This document shows, in pieces, positions 9,436 to 17,756 of a stretch of 64,000 nt of DNA. Every line of letters starts with the position of its first letter. The stretch's first letter is position 1. The notes beneath the pieces were generated by a model. That model did no database searches and had not been told where the DNA came from. It worked only from the letters and a program-made list of their open reading frames with translations. The translations under genes and the position numbers were made by a program. The DNA is from Planctomycetota bacterium (GTDB lineage: Bacteria; Planctomycetota; UBA8108; SXIK01), in the NCBI GenBank assembly GCA_965223845.1, contig CBDCXR010000004.1, positions 1,376,001 to 1,440,000 of the forward strand, read 5' to 3'.

Positions 9436-10454
9436 AACACGTCCCCTCGCCCTTTCCTTCGAGCGATCCGACCTCGATCTACCGCCACCGCGACGGCGTC
9501 CTCGCGGTCGAGCTTCTCGTCGCGGCGCTATGCCACTTCGACCTCTTCTCGCTTCTTGCGAAGAGAGCGCTCACGGCGAGTGAGCTCTGCGCCGAGCTCG
9601 GGCTCGACGCGCGGGCGGCCGATGTCATGCTTACGCTGCTCGTCGCCATGGAGTACCTCGAGCGCGATGGCGAAGTCGTACGGGCGACGCTGAAGGCGAG
9701 AGAGTTCCTAGCGGCCGACTCGCCGTGGAGCCTCGTTCCCTACTACGAATCGATGCGCGAGCGACCCGCGTGCCGGACGATGGTCGACGTCCTCCGGACG
9801 GGAGTACCGGCGAGCTGGGCGGCTCAGGACGAGGAGTGGGCGGTCAAGATGGCCGATCCAGAGTTTGCCCGGTCGTTTACCGCAGAGATGAACTGTCGCG
9901 GCGTCTATCTCGGCTCGCGGCTCGCGGAAAGTGTCGACCTCTCCGGTCATTCACACGTTCTCGATGTCGGCGGCGGATCGGGCATCTACGCTGCGAGTCT
10001 CGTCGCGGCGAACGAGCATCTCGCCGCGACCGTCCTCGAGAAGCCGCCCGTCGACGCGATCGCGGCGCGGGAGATCGCCGCGCGCGGCCTCGAGGCCCGC
10101 GTCGCGACCGTCGCCGGGGACATGTTCGCGCCGCCGCTACCGAGCGGTGCCGACGTCCATCTCTACTCGAACGTTCTTCACGACTGGGGCGAGAGTGCAG
10201 TTCGGCAGCTCCTCGCACACTCCCACGCCGCGCTTCCGCCGGGAGGTCTCGTCGTCATTCACGACGCGTTCGTCAATCGCGAGAAGACCGGTCCGCTCCA
10301 CGTCGCAGAGTACTCCGTGCTGCTCATGCACTACACGGAGGGAAAGTGCTACTCGCTCGGGGAGATGCAGGAATACCTCTCAGCAGCCGGGTTCCGGGAC
10401 GTCTCCCACCGAGATGTCGCTGCGGCGCGCGGAGTGGTCACCGCACGCCGCTGA
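9432..10454 (+). CDS. SAM-dependent methyltransferase (O-methyltransferase family 2, with dimerisation domain)
   Basis: VLDVGGGSG, AGDMF, SNVLHDW and LPPGG; ATGA overlap with the DUF899 stop codon. Confidence 0.88.
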   Translation: MKHVPSPFPSSDPTSIYRHRDGVLAVELLVAALCHFDLFSLLAKRALTASELCAELGLDARAADVMLTLLVAMEYLERDGEVVRATLKAREFLAADSPWSLVPYYESMRERPACRTMVDVLRTGVPASWAAQDEEWAVKMADPEFARSFTAEMNCRGVYLGSRLAESVDLSGHSHVLDVGGGSGIYAASLVAANEHLAATVLEKPPVDAIAAREIAARGLEARVATVAGDMFAPPLPSGADVHLYSNVLHDWGESAVRQLLAHSHAALPPGGLVVIHDAFVNREKTGPLHVAEYSVLLMHYTEGKCYSLGEMQEYLSAAGFRDVSHRDVAAARGVVTARR

Positions 10455-10502
10455 TACTGGGGACCCGCGGGCACCGAGGGGAGAGACCCGTCGTTCCCGC
10501 GC

Positions 10503-10904
10503 CTACCAGTTCCGACCCATCCGAGGGCCGCGGAGCTGGCCTTCGGTGTAGCTGAGGAAACCGATGTAGCGCGCCTGCTTGATCGCCCTCTGGGCGAGGC
10601 GCTGATGCCGCGCGCAGTTCCCGCTGCGCCGCCGCGAGAGGATCTTCCCTTGCGGCGTGAGGAGCATCTGCAGATTCTGGATGTCCTTGTAGTCGATCGT
10701 CGCCATGCGTTCTTGGCAGAAGCGACAGCGCGATCGCTTTTGACCCGGGGCGAAGCGCGGCTTGCCGGCGCCCTCCTGGGGCTTCGCCTCCTGGGGCTTG
10801 GCGTCGCCGGACGCCGCGCCCTCGGCGGGAGGGCTGGCGGCAGGGGTGGTTGCGGTGTCAGCTTGGGATGGTCCGCCGTTCTCGGCGGCCGCTGGCTCGG
10901 TCAT
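10503..10904 (-). CDS. rpsR: 30S ribosomal protein S18 with N-terminal low-complexity extension
   Basis: CRFC...IDYKDIQNLQMLLTPQGKILSRRRSGNCARHQR...AIKQARYIGFLSY. Confidence 0.93.
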   Translation of the reverse strand: MTEPAAAENGGPSQADTATTPAASPPAEGAASGDAKPQEAKPQEGAGKPRFAPGQKRSRCRFCQERMATIDYKDIQNLQMLLTPQGKILSRRRSGNCARHQRLAQRAIKQARYIGFLSYTEGQLRGPRMGRNW

Positions 10905-10979
10905 CGAAAGGGATCTCCGGGACCCGGGGAACTCGGTTCGCCTCCACGCGCGACTGTCGCGCGGCCGTGCGAACCGCTC

Positions 10980-11007
10980 ACTGTAGCGAACTTGTCGCGG
11001 AGATCAA
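10980..11007 (-). promoter_or_regulatory. Putative sigma70 promoter of rpsR
   Basis: Minus-strand TTGATC-N16-TACAGT about 75 nt upstream of the start codon. Confidence 0.45.
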
Positions 11008-11024
11008 GGGACTCCCCGAGCGGT

Positions 11025-11885
11025 CTAACGCGAGCTCGGCAGGGCTCTACCGAAGGAGCTCCAGCTCGGTGCGAGCTCCTCGGCGCGGGCCTCGCGCCAC
11101 GCGCCGGAGCTCCAGGTCCGGTCGAGCGCGACCGGCTCAAATCCGCGCCGGATTCCGGCGGGCGTGCTAGCGTCGACCGCGATCGGACGTCGCTCCGTCG
11201 CGACGCTGCGGGCCATTTCGCGACCGGAAGCCGAGGATCCGTGCGCCGGCGCCGCCGAGAGAACCGCCTCTGCTCGTCCGTGCTGGACGCGCGAACGGGA
11301 GGGGCGCGCACTCGTCCGCACGCGTCCGAATCGGGGCGGGGCGAACGCGGCGGGCTCGAGCGGGGGGAGCTCGACGACGCCCGAATCGGCGAGGACGGCG
11401 AAGCGATCGCCGCACTCGGAGCCGAGCTCGGCGCGAACCTGGCGCGCTCTCCGGCCGGGCTCACCCGGCCGGAGCTCGACGTGCGCTGAGCCGTCGCGAC
11501 GTGGCACCGCACGCTGGAACACCGGTGGGGCGCCGGGGTGGTTATCGTCGTAGAGGCGAAGAACCAGCGCGTCGCTCGCGAAATCCCGCCAGCGTCCTCC
11601 GAGCTCGTCCGGGATGCGCCAGAACGCGAACACGACCCGCGGATCGACCGCGGTGAGCCCGAGCGTCGGCGCCGTGACGTCCTTCGGTGGGGACGGATGC
11701 GAAACTCGCGCGGCCGGAATCGGTTTCGCTGCGGCGATGTCCGCCGGCGCGACGTCCGTAGGCGGGGACGCGATGGAGCGACGGCGCTCGCGCTCGCTCG
11801 TCCGGCGCCAGCGGCGGATCACCGGGCCGATGATGGGCAAGCGCTCCGCGAGATCGCGGAAGGGGCGGCGGGCGGGCTTCGTCAT
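11025..11885 (-). CDS. DUF4912 domain-containing protein
   Basis: LGLTAVDPRVVFAFWRI...LVLRLYD...AELG...FAVLADSGVV and a Ser-rich C-terminus; ATG at 11885 after GAGGAG. Confidence 0.7.
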   Translation of the reverse strand: MTKPARRPFRDLAERLPIIGPVIRRWRRTSERERRRSIASPPTDVAPADIAAAKPIPAARVSHPSPPKDVTAPTLGLTAVDPRVVFAFWRIPDELGGRWRDFASDALVLRLYDDNHPGAPPVFQRAVPRRDGSAHVELRPGEPGRRARQVRAELGSECGDRFAVLADSGVVELPPLEPAAFAPPRFGRVRTSARPSRSRVQHGRAEAVLSAAPAHGSSASGREMARSVATERRPIAVDASTPAGIRRGFEPVALDRTWSSGAWREARAEELAPSWSSFGRALPSSR

Positions 11886-12101
11886 GGCTGTTTGCTCCTC
11901 TGCCCGTCGGACGATGGGAGTCGATCTCCGCGATTGCGTCCGACTTATTCTGCGGAGGATACGCCAGCCTAGAACCGGAGACAAGATGTCGAGGCGCACG
12001 GCGGGATGGGCGAATTGTCGCGCCTTGCTCGCGCGTGCGTCCGCGACGGGGCGAGGCACGGACCGCGGATCCCGGGGGCAACCGACGAGCGGGATCGACC
12101 G

Positions 12102-14165
12102 TCAGATGGAGAGGCACTCGCCGAAGCGATCGTCCGTCGCGTCCAGACCCGGATTCGGGAACGGAACCGAGGGCGGCCGGCCGCCGCTGAAGAGAAAGTT
12201 GAGGAGCGCAACCGCGCCGCTGATGTCGATGCGACCCGAGTCGTGCACGTCCGCGGCGTCGAAGCAAAGCGGGGGATCGCCATTTTGAAAGAGATACGCG
12301 AGGATTCCGATCGCGTCTCCGAGATTCACGCCACCGTCGTTCGTAAAATCGCCGCGGACGAAGCGACGCGGAAACGGTGGCTCGACAAGGCGAATCGTGA
12401 CTTTGCTGCTCTTCAGCGCGGGCAGACGAATTCCTCCGTTGACGACAAAGACGTTGCGAACTTTCGAAACGCGGGCGTCGTTGACGAGGCGGATCTCCGT
12501 CGTTTCACCCTGCGGAGCATCGACGTCGACGTCGAAGATCAGGTTGAGGAGGCGCTGTTCCTCGCCGGGAGGAAGCATCGTTTCCTCGATGGGAGGCTCG
12601 ATCTCGAAGAGACAGCCGACTTCAAAGCTCGTGTCGAGGTCGTTCAGAATGAAGAACTCGGGCTCGATCTTGCTCGTCGCGATCGACGTCATGCGAAACT
12701 CCGACCCCGTCAGGTGGAGAAAGTTAGGATCGTAGAGCCCGAAAATTTGAAAGCCGGCGAGCTCCTCCACGTGCGTGACGACGACGGGAAACCAGACTCC
12801 TTGCGCTCCGGGGAGAACGAGCTGATCGGGAATGCGCATCGCATTGAGCGGATCCTGGACGGCGATCAGGTTCTCGAATTCGGTCGAGTCCTGAACTCCA
12901 CCCGGCCCCCACACCGTGAGTTTGACCGTGTACTCGCCCGAGTCTTGGTAGGTGTGCGTCGGGTTCGGGAGCTCCGATTGTCCGCCGTCACCGAAGTCCC
13001 AGAACCGGCGCACGACGCCTCCGCTCGACAGATCGGTGAACTGAACCGTGAGCGGCACCCGCCCCGAAGTCGGAGCCGCGGTGAACGAAGCGGTGGGCGC
13101 GCAGGCGTTGTTGGCGTAGTACGCCGCGCCATCGCGAAGAAAAGAGACGTGGAGGTTGCCGAGGAGGTCGATATCGAGGCTCGGCGCGGACTCGATGACT
13201 TCCGTCTCGAGAACGCGTTCGGGCGGGTTGAGCGATGCGCCCTGACCGGTGATCGTGTAGAGATCGCCCCGTGAAGAGTACGCGATGAGGACGCGCCCGT
13301 CCGATCCGATCCGCATCGCCGGGTCGAGCACGCGATCCGTCGCGAGGAGGCGCTGCGGTTCGAACGGTTCGCCGGGAACGCGAGCGGAGAGGTAGAGGCT
13401 GTTGTTGCTCTCGTAGAGGGTGAGGACGTCTCCGTTCGGAGTGACGCCGATGGAGAGCGCGGCTTCGGGAACGAAGGGCGAACGGGTCACCTGAGTCGGC
13501 GCAGTGAACTCTCCCGCGCGGTCGTTCGCGTAGAAGACGTCGTTCTCCATGACGTACGCGACGTGCGCGACGCCTTCGGAGTCGACGGTGAGCGCAGGCG
13601 AACGTGCGTCATCGGCGACCGTGATCTCCTCACCGCGCTCGAGCGTCCAGTGGACGATGCGCGATGAGGTTCCGATCCGCTGGAGCCACACCGCGTGCGG
13701 GCTGCGGCTTCGCGCGAGCACGAGGCGCGGCGCGAAGTCGTCGACGCGGTTGTGGGTGACTCGCTCGGGTTCACCGAACGAGCCGCCGGCGTTGTGCGCG
13801 AGGTAGAGCTCGCGTCCGAACTCGGGGCGCTCGGGGTCGAGCTGCGTGAACAGGAGGAAAGCGACTCCGTCCGCGCCGACATCGATACTCGGCTTGCCGC
13901 GCTGTCCGTTTCCCGCGATCGCGACGTGTCGCGCCGTCGCCGGAGAGACGATGCTGACTTCGAGTCGTGAATCGACGATGTTCGCGATGTACGCGTTTCC
14001 TACGGCGTCGACGCGGAGTCGAGTGTCGGTGGTCGAGCCGTCGACCGCCTCGAGCGCGGTCTCCTGCCATGCGCCCGCGCACTCTTGCGCCTCGCCCGCG
14101 CTAGGTAGAGCGAGGGCGAACAGGTACAAAACTGCCGCTCCAAGTGGAACGAAAGGCCTAGTCAT
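12102..14165 (-). CDS. Secreted protein: beta-propeller-like region, PKD domain, cohesin-like domain and dockerin-like domain
   Basis: Signal peptide from MTRPFVPLGAAVLYLF; repeated P-x-L-x-V-D-x-x-G-x-x-H-V-x-Y blades; PKD motif WDFGDG; cohesin-like PVVVTHVEELAGFQIFGLYDP; FVRGDFTNDGGVNLGDA dockerin. Confidence 0.85.
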   Translation of the reverse strand: MTRPFVPLGAAVLYLFALALPSAGEAQECAGAWQETALEAVDGSTTDTRLRVDAVGNAYIANIVDSRLEVSIVSPATARHVAIAGNGQRGKPSIDVGADGVAFLLFTQLDPERPEFGRELYLAHNAGGSFGEPERVTHNRVDDFAPRLVLARSRSPHAVWLQRIGTSSRIVHWTLERGEEITVADDARSPALTVDSEGVAHVAYVMENDVFYANDRAGEFTAPTQVTRSPFVPEAALSIGVTPNGDVLTLYESNNSLYLSARVPGEPFEPQRLLATDRVLDPAMRIGSDGRVLIAYSSRGDLYTITGQGASLNPPERVLETEVIESAPSLDIDLLGNLHVSFLRDGAAYYANNACAPTASFTAAPTSGRVPLTVQFTDLSSGGVVRRFWDFGDGGQSELPNPTHTYQDSGEYTVKLTVWGPGGVQDSTEFENLIAVQDPLNAMRIPDQLVLPGAQGVWFPVVVTHVEELAGFQIFGLYDPNFLHLTGSEFRMTSIATSKIEPEFFILNDLDTSFEVGCLFEIEPPIEETMLPPGEEQRLLNLIFDVDVDAPQGETTEIRLVNDARVSKVRNVFVVNGGIRLPALKSSKVTIRLVEPPFPRRFVRGDFTNDGGVNLGDAIGILAYLFQNGDPPLCFDAADVHDSGRIDISGAVALLNFLFSGGRPPSVPFPNPGLDATDDRFGECLSI

Positions 14166-14411
14166 CGGCGAACTCTGCGTGAGACCGAAACCACGGGGAA
14201 TGTCGCTCAGGGGAGAGTCTCCAGTGTCGTGGTTCCCGCACCGAAGTGCAACGGGCCAGCCTTGGGACGCGCAGTGGACTCGGGCGCCTCGACCCCGGTT
14301 CTCTCGAGCCGTCTCCCCGTCGAGGCGCGTTCTTCGGTGGACGTATGGTACGCTGAGCCAGCTCGCCGGAGGCAGCGAGCGTCGGCCCCGGAGGGCAATC
14401 GAGGAGCGACG

Positions 14412-15263
14412 TTGAACGCGATCGAGCGAGTAGAGTTCCGAGTGCTCGGCTCGGGGACCTCGGCGGGAGTGCCCATCATCGCCTGCGGCTGCCGAGTCTG
14501 CACGTCGGAGGATCCGCGAGACCGCCGCACCCGCGCGAGTGCCTGCCTTCGATTTCGCGATCCGGATGGACTGCCGCGCACGGTTCTCATCGATACGTCG
14601 CCCGACCTTCGAGCTCAGGCGCTCCGGCACTCTATCGAACGGTGCGATGCGATCGTCTTCACCCACGGGCACGTCGATCACATCTTCGGACTCGACGAAG
14701 TGCGCCGGTTCAACGCGGTGATGCGCTCGAGCATTCCGATCTACGCCGAAGACGAAACACTCGCGGACCTCCGGCGCGTGTACCGCCACATCTTCGACCA
14801 TCACACGAATGTGAACGTCTCCTGGGTCGCGCGTCTCGAGCCGGTGGCCATCCGTCCGGGCGAGTCGCTCGATCTCTTCGGCCTCCGCTGGACGCCGCTT
14901 CGGCTCCTGCACGGAAAGCTGCCGATCCTCGGATTTCGCATCGACGCGCTTCTGCCGTCGGGTGAGGTCGATCGGGAACCGGCGCTGCCACTCCCGCTCG
15001 CTTACTGTACCGACGTCTCGACGATCCCGGACGAGACCTGGCCTCGACTCGAGGGGATTCGCACCCTCGTCCTCGACCTCCTTCGGCTCAAGCCGCATCC
15101 GACGCACCTCTCACTCGACGAAGCCGTTGCGGTCGCCGAACGTGTGGGCGCCGAGGCGACGTGGTTCACGCACATGACCCACGATGTTCTCCACGCGGAG
15201 GTGGACGCCGCGCTGCCGCGGCGGATGGCGCTTTCCTACGACGGTCTTTCGCTGGGCGGTTGA
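14412..15263 (+). CDS. MBL-fold metallo-hydrolase (PhnP-like phosphodiesterase family)
   Basis: GSGTSAGVP..CGCRVC, LIDTSPD, THGHVDHIFG, YCTDVS, HPTH and THMTH; TTG start after GAGGAG. Confidence 0.88.
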   Translation: MNAIERVEFRVLGSGTSAGVPIIACGCRVCTSEDPRDRRTRASACLRFRDPDGLPRTVLIDTSPDLRAQALRHSIERCDAIVFTHGHVDHIFGLDEVRRFNAVMRSSIPIYAEDETLADLRRVYRHIFDHHTNVNVSWVARLEPVAIRPGESLDLFGLRWTPLRLLHGKLPILGFRIDALLPSGEVDREPALPLPLAYCTDVSTIPDETWPRLEGIRTLVLDLLRLKPHPTHLSLDEAVAVAERVGAEATWFTHMTHDVLHAEVDAALPRRMALSYDGLSLGG

Positions 15264-16498
15264 GCCCGCGCGCCCGGCTTCGAGTCGGCGCGTCGCATCC
15301 GTGCGCGTGCCACCCAAACGGGAACGCTCGCGATCGTGTACCACACGCTCGCGAAGAGGAGCGAACAACCTACCGTGACGAAAAGCGCAGCGAAGCCGAA
15401 TCCCTCTGCGAGCTCACCGAGAATTGGTCCGCCGAGCATCGTGCCGGCGTCGAGCACCATGAGGGCGAGCGCGGATGCGGTTCCGTTCGCTGCGGCCGGA
15501 AACGGCTGGAGTACGAGCGCCATCATCGTGTGAAACATGAGCGCGTGGCCCGTGCCGCAGAGAACACCCGGGAGAAGCAGCCAGGCGACGTGGGTCGGTT
15601 CGACCCAAAGGAAGGAGAACATCCCGGCCGCGAGCGTCACCGTGCCGAGGAGGAGGACCTTGCGCCGGCCGACGCGATCGGGCACTCGCCGTGACGCGAG
15701 GCGCACCGTGAAGCCCCAGCCGCCGTAGCCGAGAAAGAAATACCCGATTTCCGAACCGCTTTCGGGCGGTGGCGGCGCCGCGTCGATGAAGTTCGCGATG
15801 AAGCCGAACGGAACCGTGAGTGCGATCCCGAAGACGAGCACCACGAGGAGGATCGAGCCGGGCCAGAACCGCCGAGTCGTCTCGACGAAGTCGCGCAAGC
15901 GCACCGCACCGACTCGTTCCTCGCTCGGCGGGCGCGGGAGGAGTGCGAGCGAGGCGAACGGGAGGACGCAGAGTCCCGCGACGGCGGCGAAGAAGAGCGC
16001 GAATTGGGACCAGGTTCGGTTTCCCTCTTCCCCTAGGAACAGATCGCCGAGGAACGGGCCGAGACTCATGCCGACGAACCCCGCCGCTCCCATGACGCCG
16101 ATCGCCTCGGTACGACGAGCCGGCGGTGCTATGTGGGCAACGTAGGCGAGGCTGCTCGTGAAGACGAGTGCGGTGCCGAAGGTGTTTCCGATCCGGAGGA
16201 GGTAGGCCGCCACGCCGAGGGTGTCGACGGCGATGTTTCCGGCGCTCGTCACCGCGAAGAGAACGAGACCGGTCGCGAGGGCGGTTTTCGTCCCGATGCG
16301 ATCGATCCACTGGCCCATCCACGGGCGAAGAGCGAGACCGACGATCGGCGCTGCGCCGAGGATCAAGCCCACATCGCGAACCGAACCGTCCAACCACTCG
16401 ACCCAACGCGCGTAGTGCGTGAGCGCCGCGTGCGCGAGAACGAAGAGCACTTGACCCGCAAAGAGGATCGCGAACGTGCGCGTGTAGAGAGGTTGCAA
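15236..16498 (-). CDS. MFS transporter
   Basis: About 12 TM helices; GQWIDRIGTK and VPDRVGRRKV motif-A loops. Confidence 0.88.
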   Translation of the reverse strand: MQPLYTRTFAILFAGQVLFVLAHAALTHYARWVEWLDGSVRDVGLILGAAPIVGLALRPWMGQWIDRIGTKTALATGLVLFAVTSAGNIAVDTLGVAAYLLRIGNTFGTALVFTSSLAYVAHIAPPARRTEAIGVMGAAGFVGMSLGPFLGDLFLGEEGNRTWSQFALFFAAVAGLCVLPFASLALLPRPPSEERVGAVRLRDFVETTRRFWPGSILLVVLVFGIALTVPFGFIANFIDAAPPPPESGSEIGYFFLGYGGWGFTVRLASRRVPDRVGRRKVLLLGTVTLAAGMFSFLWVEPTHVAWLLLPGVLCGTGHALMFHTMMALVLQPFPAAANGTASALALMVLDAGTMLGGPILGELAEGFGFAALFVTVGCSLLFASVWYTIASVPVWVARARMRRADSKPGARAQPPSERPS

Positions 16499-16729
16499 GC
16501 GAGGGACGAGCTCGGGGAATTTCGGAGCGCCGACACGCGAAGCGATGACCGGCGAGAACGCAGAGAGGGGGATTCGGCGCCGGCGCCATCTCGCGGCGGC
16601 CCGTAGAGGCGCGGTATCCTACCGCGGAGGTCCGCTCCGCTTCCACCGCGGGAAGCCGTGCGCCGGTGGCGCAGGAGCGTCGGGAGAGCACAGACCACGC
16701 GGCGGCTCGAGAAGGAAACGAGAACGAAG

Positions 16730-17749
16730 ATGATCCGAATCGGAGTCGTCGGCGCGGGCGCGAACACCCGACTTCGCCATATCCCGGGATTTCAGTCGAT
16801 CGACGGTGTCAGCGTGACCGCGGTCGTCAATCGTTCGCGGGCCTCGAGCGAGCGAGTCGCGTCCGAATTCGGGATCGAGAACGTCTACGACGACTGGCGG
16901 GAGCTCGTCCACGCGAACGATGTCGACGCAGTGTGCGTCGGGACGTGGCCGTATCTCCACGCGCCGGTGAGTCTCGAGTGCCTCCGCGCGGGGAAGCACG
17001 TCCTCACCGAAGCACGCATGGCGATGGATGCGAGTGAAGCACGCTCGATGCTCGACGCGGCCGACGCCGGTTCGGCGGTGGCCATGGTCGTTCCCGCGCC
17101 GTTCTTTCTCGACGTCGAGCCGACGATCCTCGACCTCCTCGAGGCGAACGCGTTCGGCGAGATTCTCGAAATCCACGTTCGCGGCCTCGGCGGCGGGTTC
17201 GACCCGTCGCTGCCGATTCATTGGCGGCAGCGACGCGATCTCTCCGGGAACAACGTGCTCACGCTCGGGATTCTCAACGAGACCGTTCGCCGGTACGCGG
17301 GTGACGAGAAAAGTGTCCTCGCCCACGGAAGAATCTTCACCGAGTCTCGTACCGATCCCGACACGGGTTCCGCGCGCCGCGTGGACGTGCCGGACAGCCT
17401 CGCGGTGATCGCGGAGATGCGCTCTGGCGCAACCGCCGTCTACCACCTGAGCGGAGTCGCGCGCGACGGCGGCCCGATCCGCATCGAAATGCACGGGACC
17501 GCGGGTTCGTTCGTACTCGAAGAGGGCCGATCGCGCGTCCGGTGCCGCGGCGAGGACGCACCTCGCCCTCTCGACATTTCGCCCGAACGCCGCGGCGGCT
17601 GGCAGGTCGAGGCGGACTTCATCGCGGCGGTTCGCGGGGAGCGTCCCGTGAGCCGGACGAGCTTCGCCGATGGCCTGAAATACATGCTCTTCACCGACGC
17701 CGTGCAGGAGAGCCTCCGGACCGGGCGCCGCGTCGAAGTCGCGATCTAA
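16730..17749 (+). CDS. Gfo/Idh/MocA family oxidoreductase (cytoplasmic)
   Basis: IRIGVVGAG Rossmann motif, DAVCVGTWPYLH and GKHVLTEARMA. Confidence 0.9.
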   Translation: MIRIGVVGAGANTRLRHIPGFQSIDGVSVTAVVNRSRASSERVASEFGIENVYDDWRELVHANDVDAVCVGTWPYLHAPVSLECLRAGKHVLTEARMAMDASEARSMLDAADAGSAVAMVVPAPFFLDVEPTILDLLEANAFGEILEIHVRGLGGGFDPSLPIHWRQRRDLSGNNVLTLGILNETVRRYAGDEKSVLAHGRIFTESRTDPDTGSARRVDVPDSLAVIAEMRSGATAVYHLSGVARDGGPIRIEMHGTAGSFVLEEGRSRVRCRGEDAPRPLDISPERRGGWQVEADFIAAVRGERPVSRTSFADGLKYMLFTDAVQESLRTGRRVEVAI

Positions 17750-17756
17750 TCCGCGA

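Noticed and set aside
14166-15107. N-terminal 300+ aa of the 1001 aa minus-strand ORF 12102-15107
   Set aside because: It is antisense to the MBL hydrolase. The real protein starts with a signal peptide at 14165.
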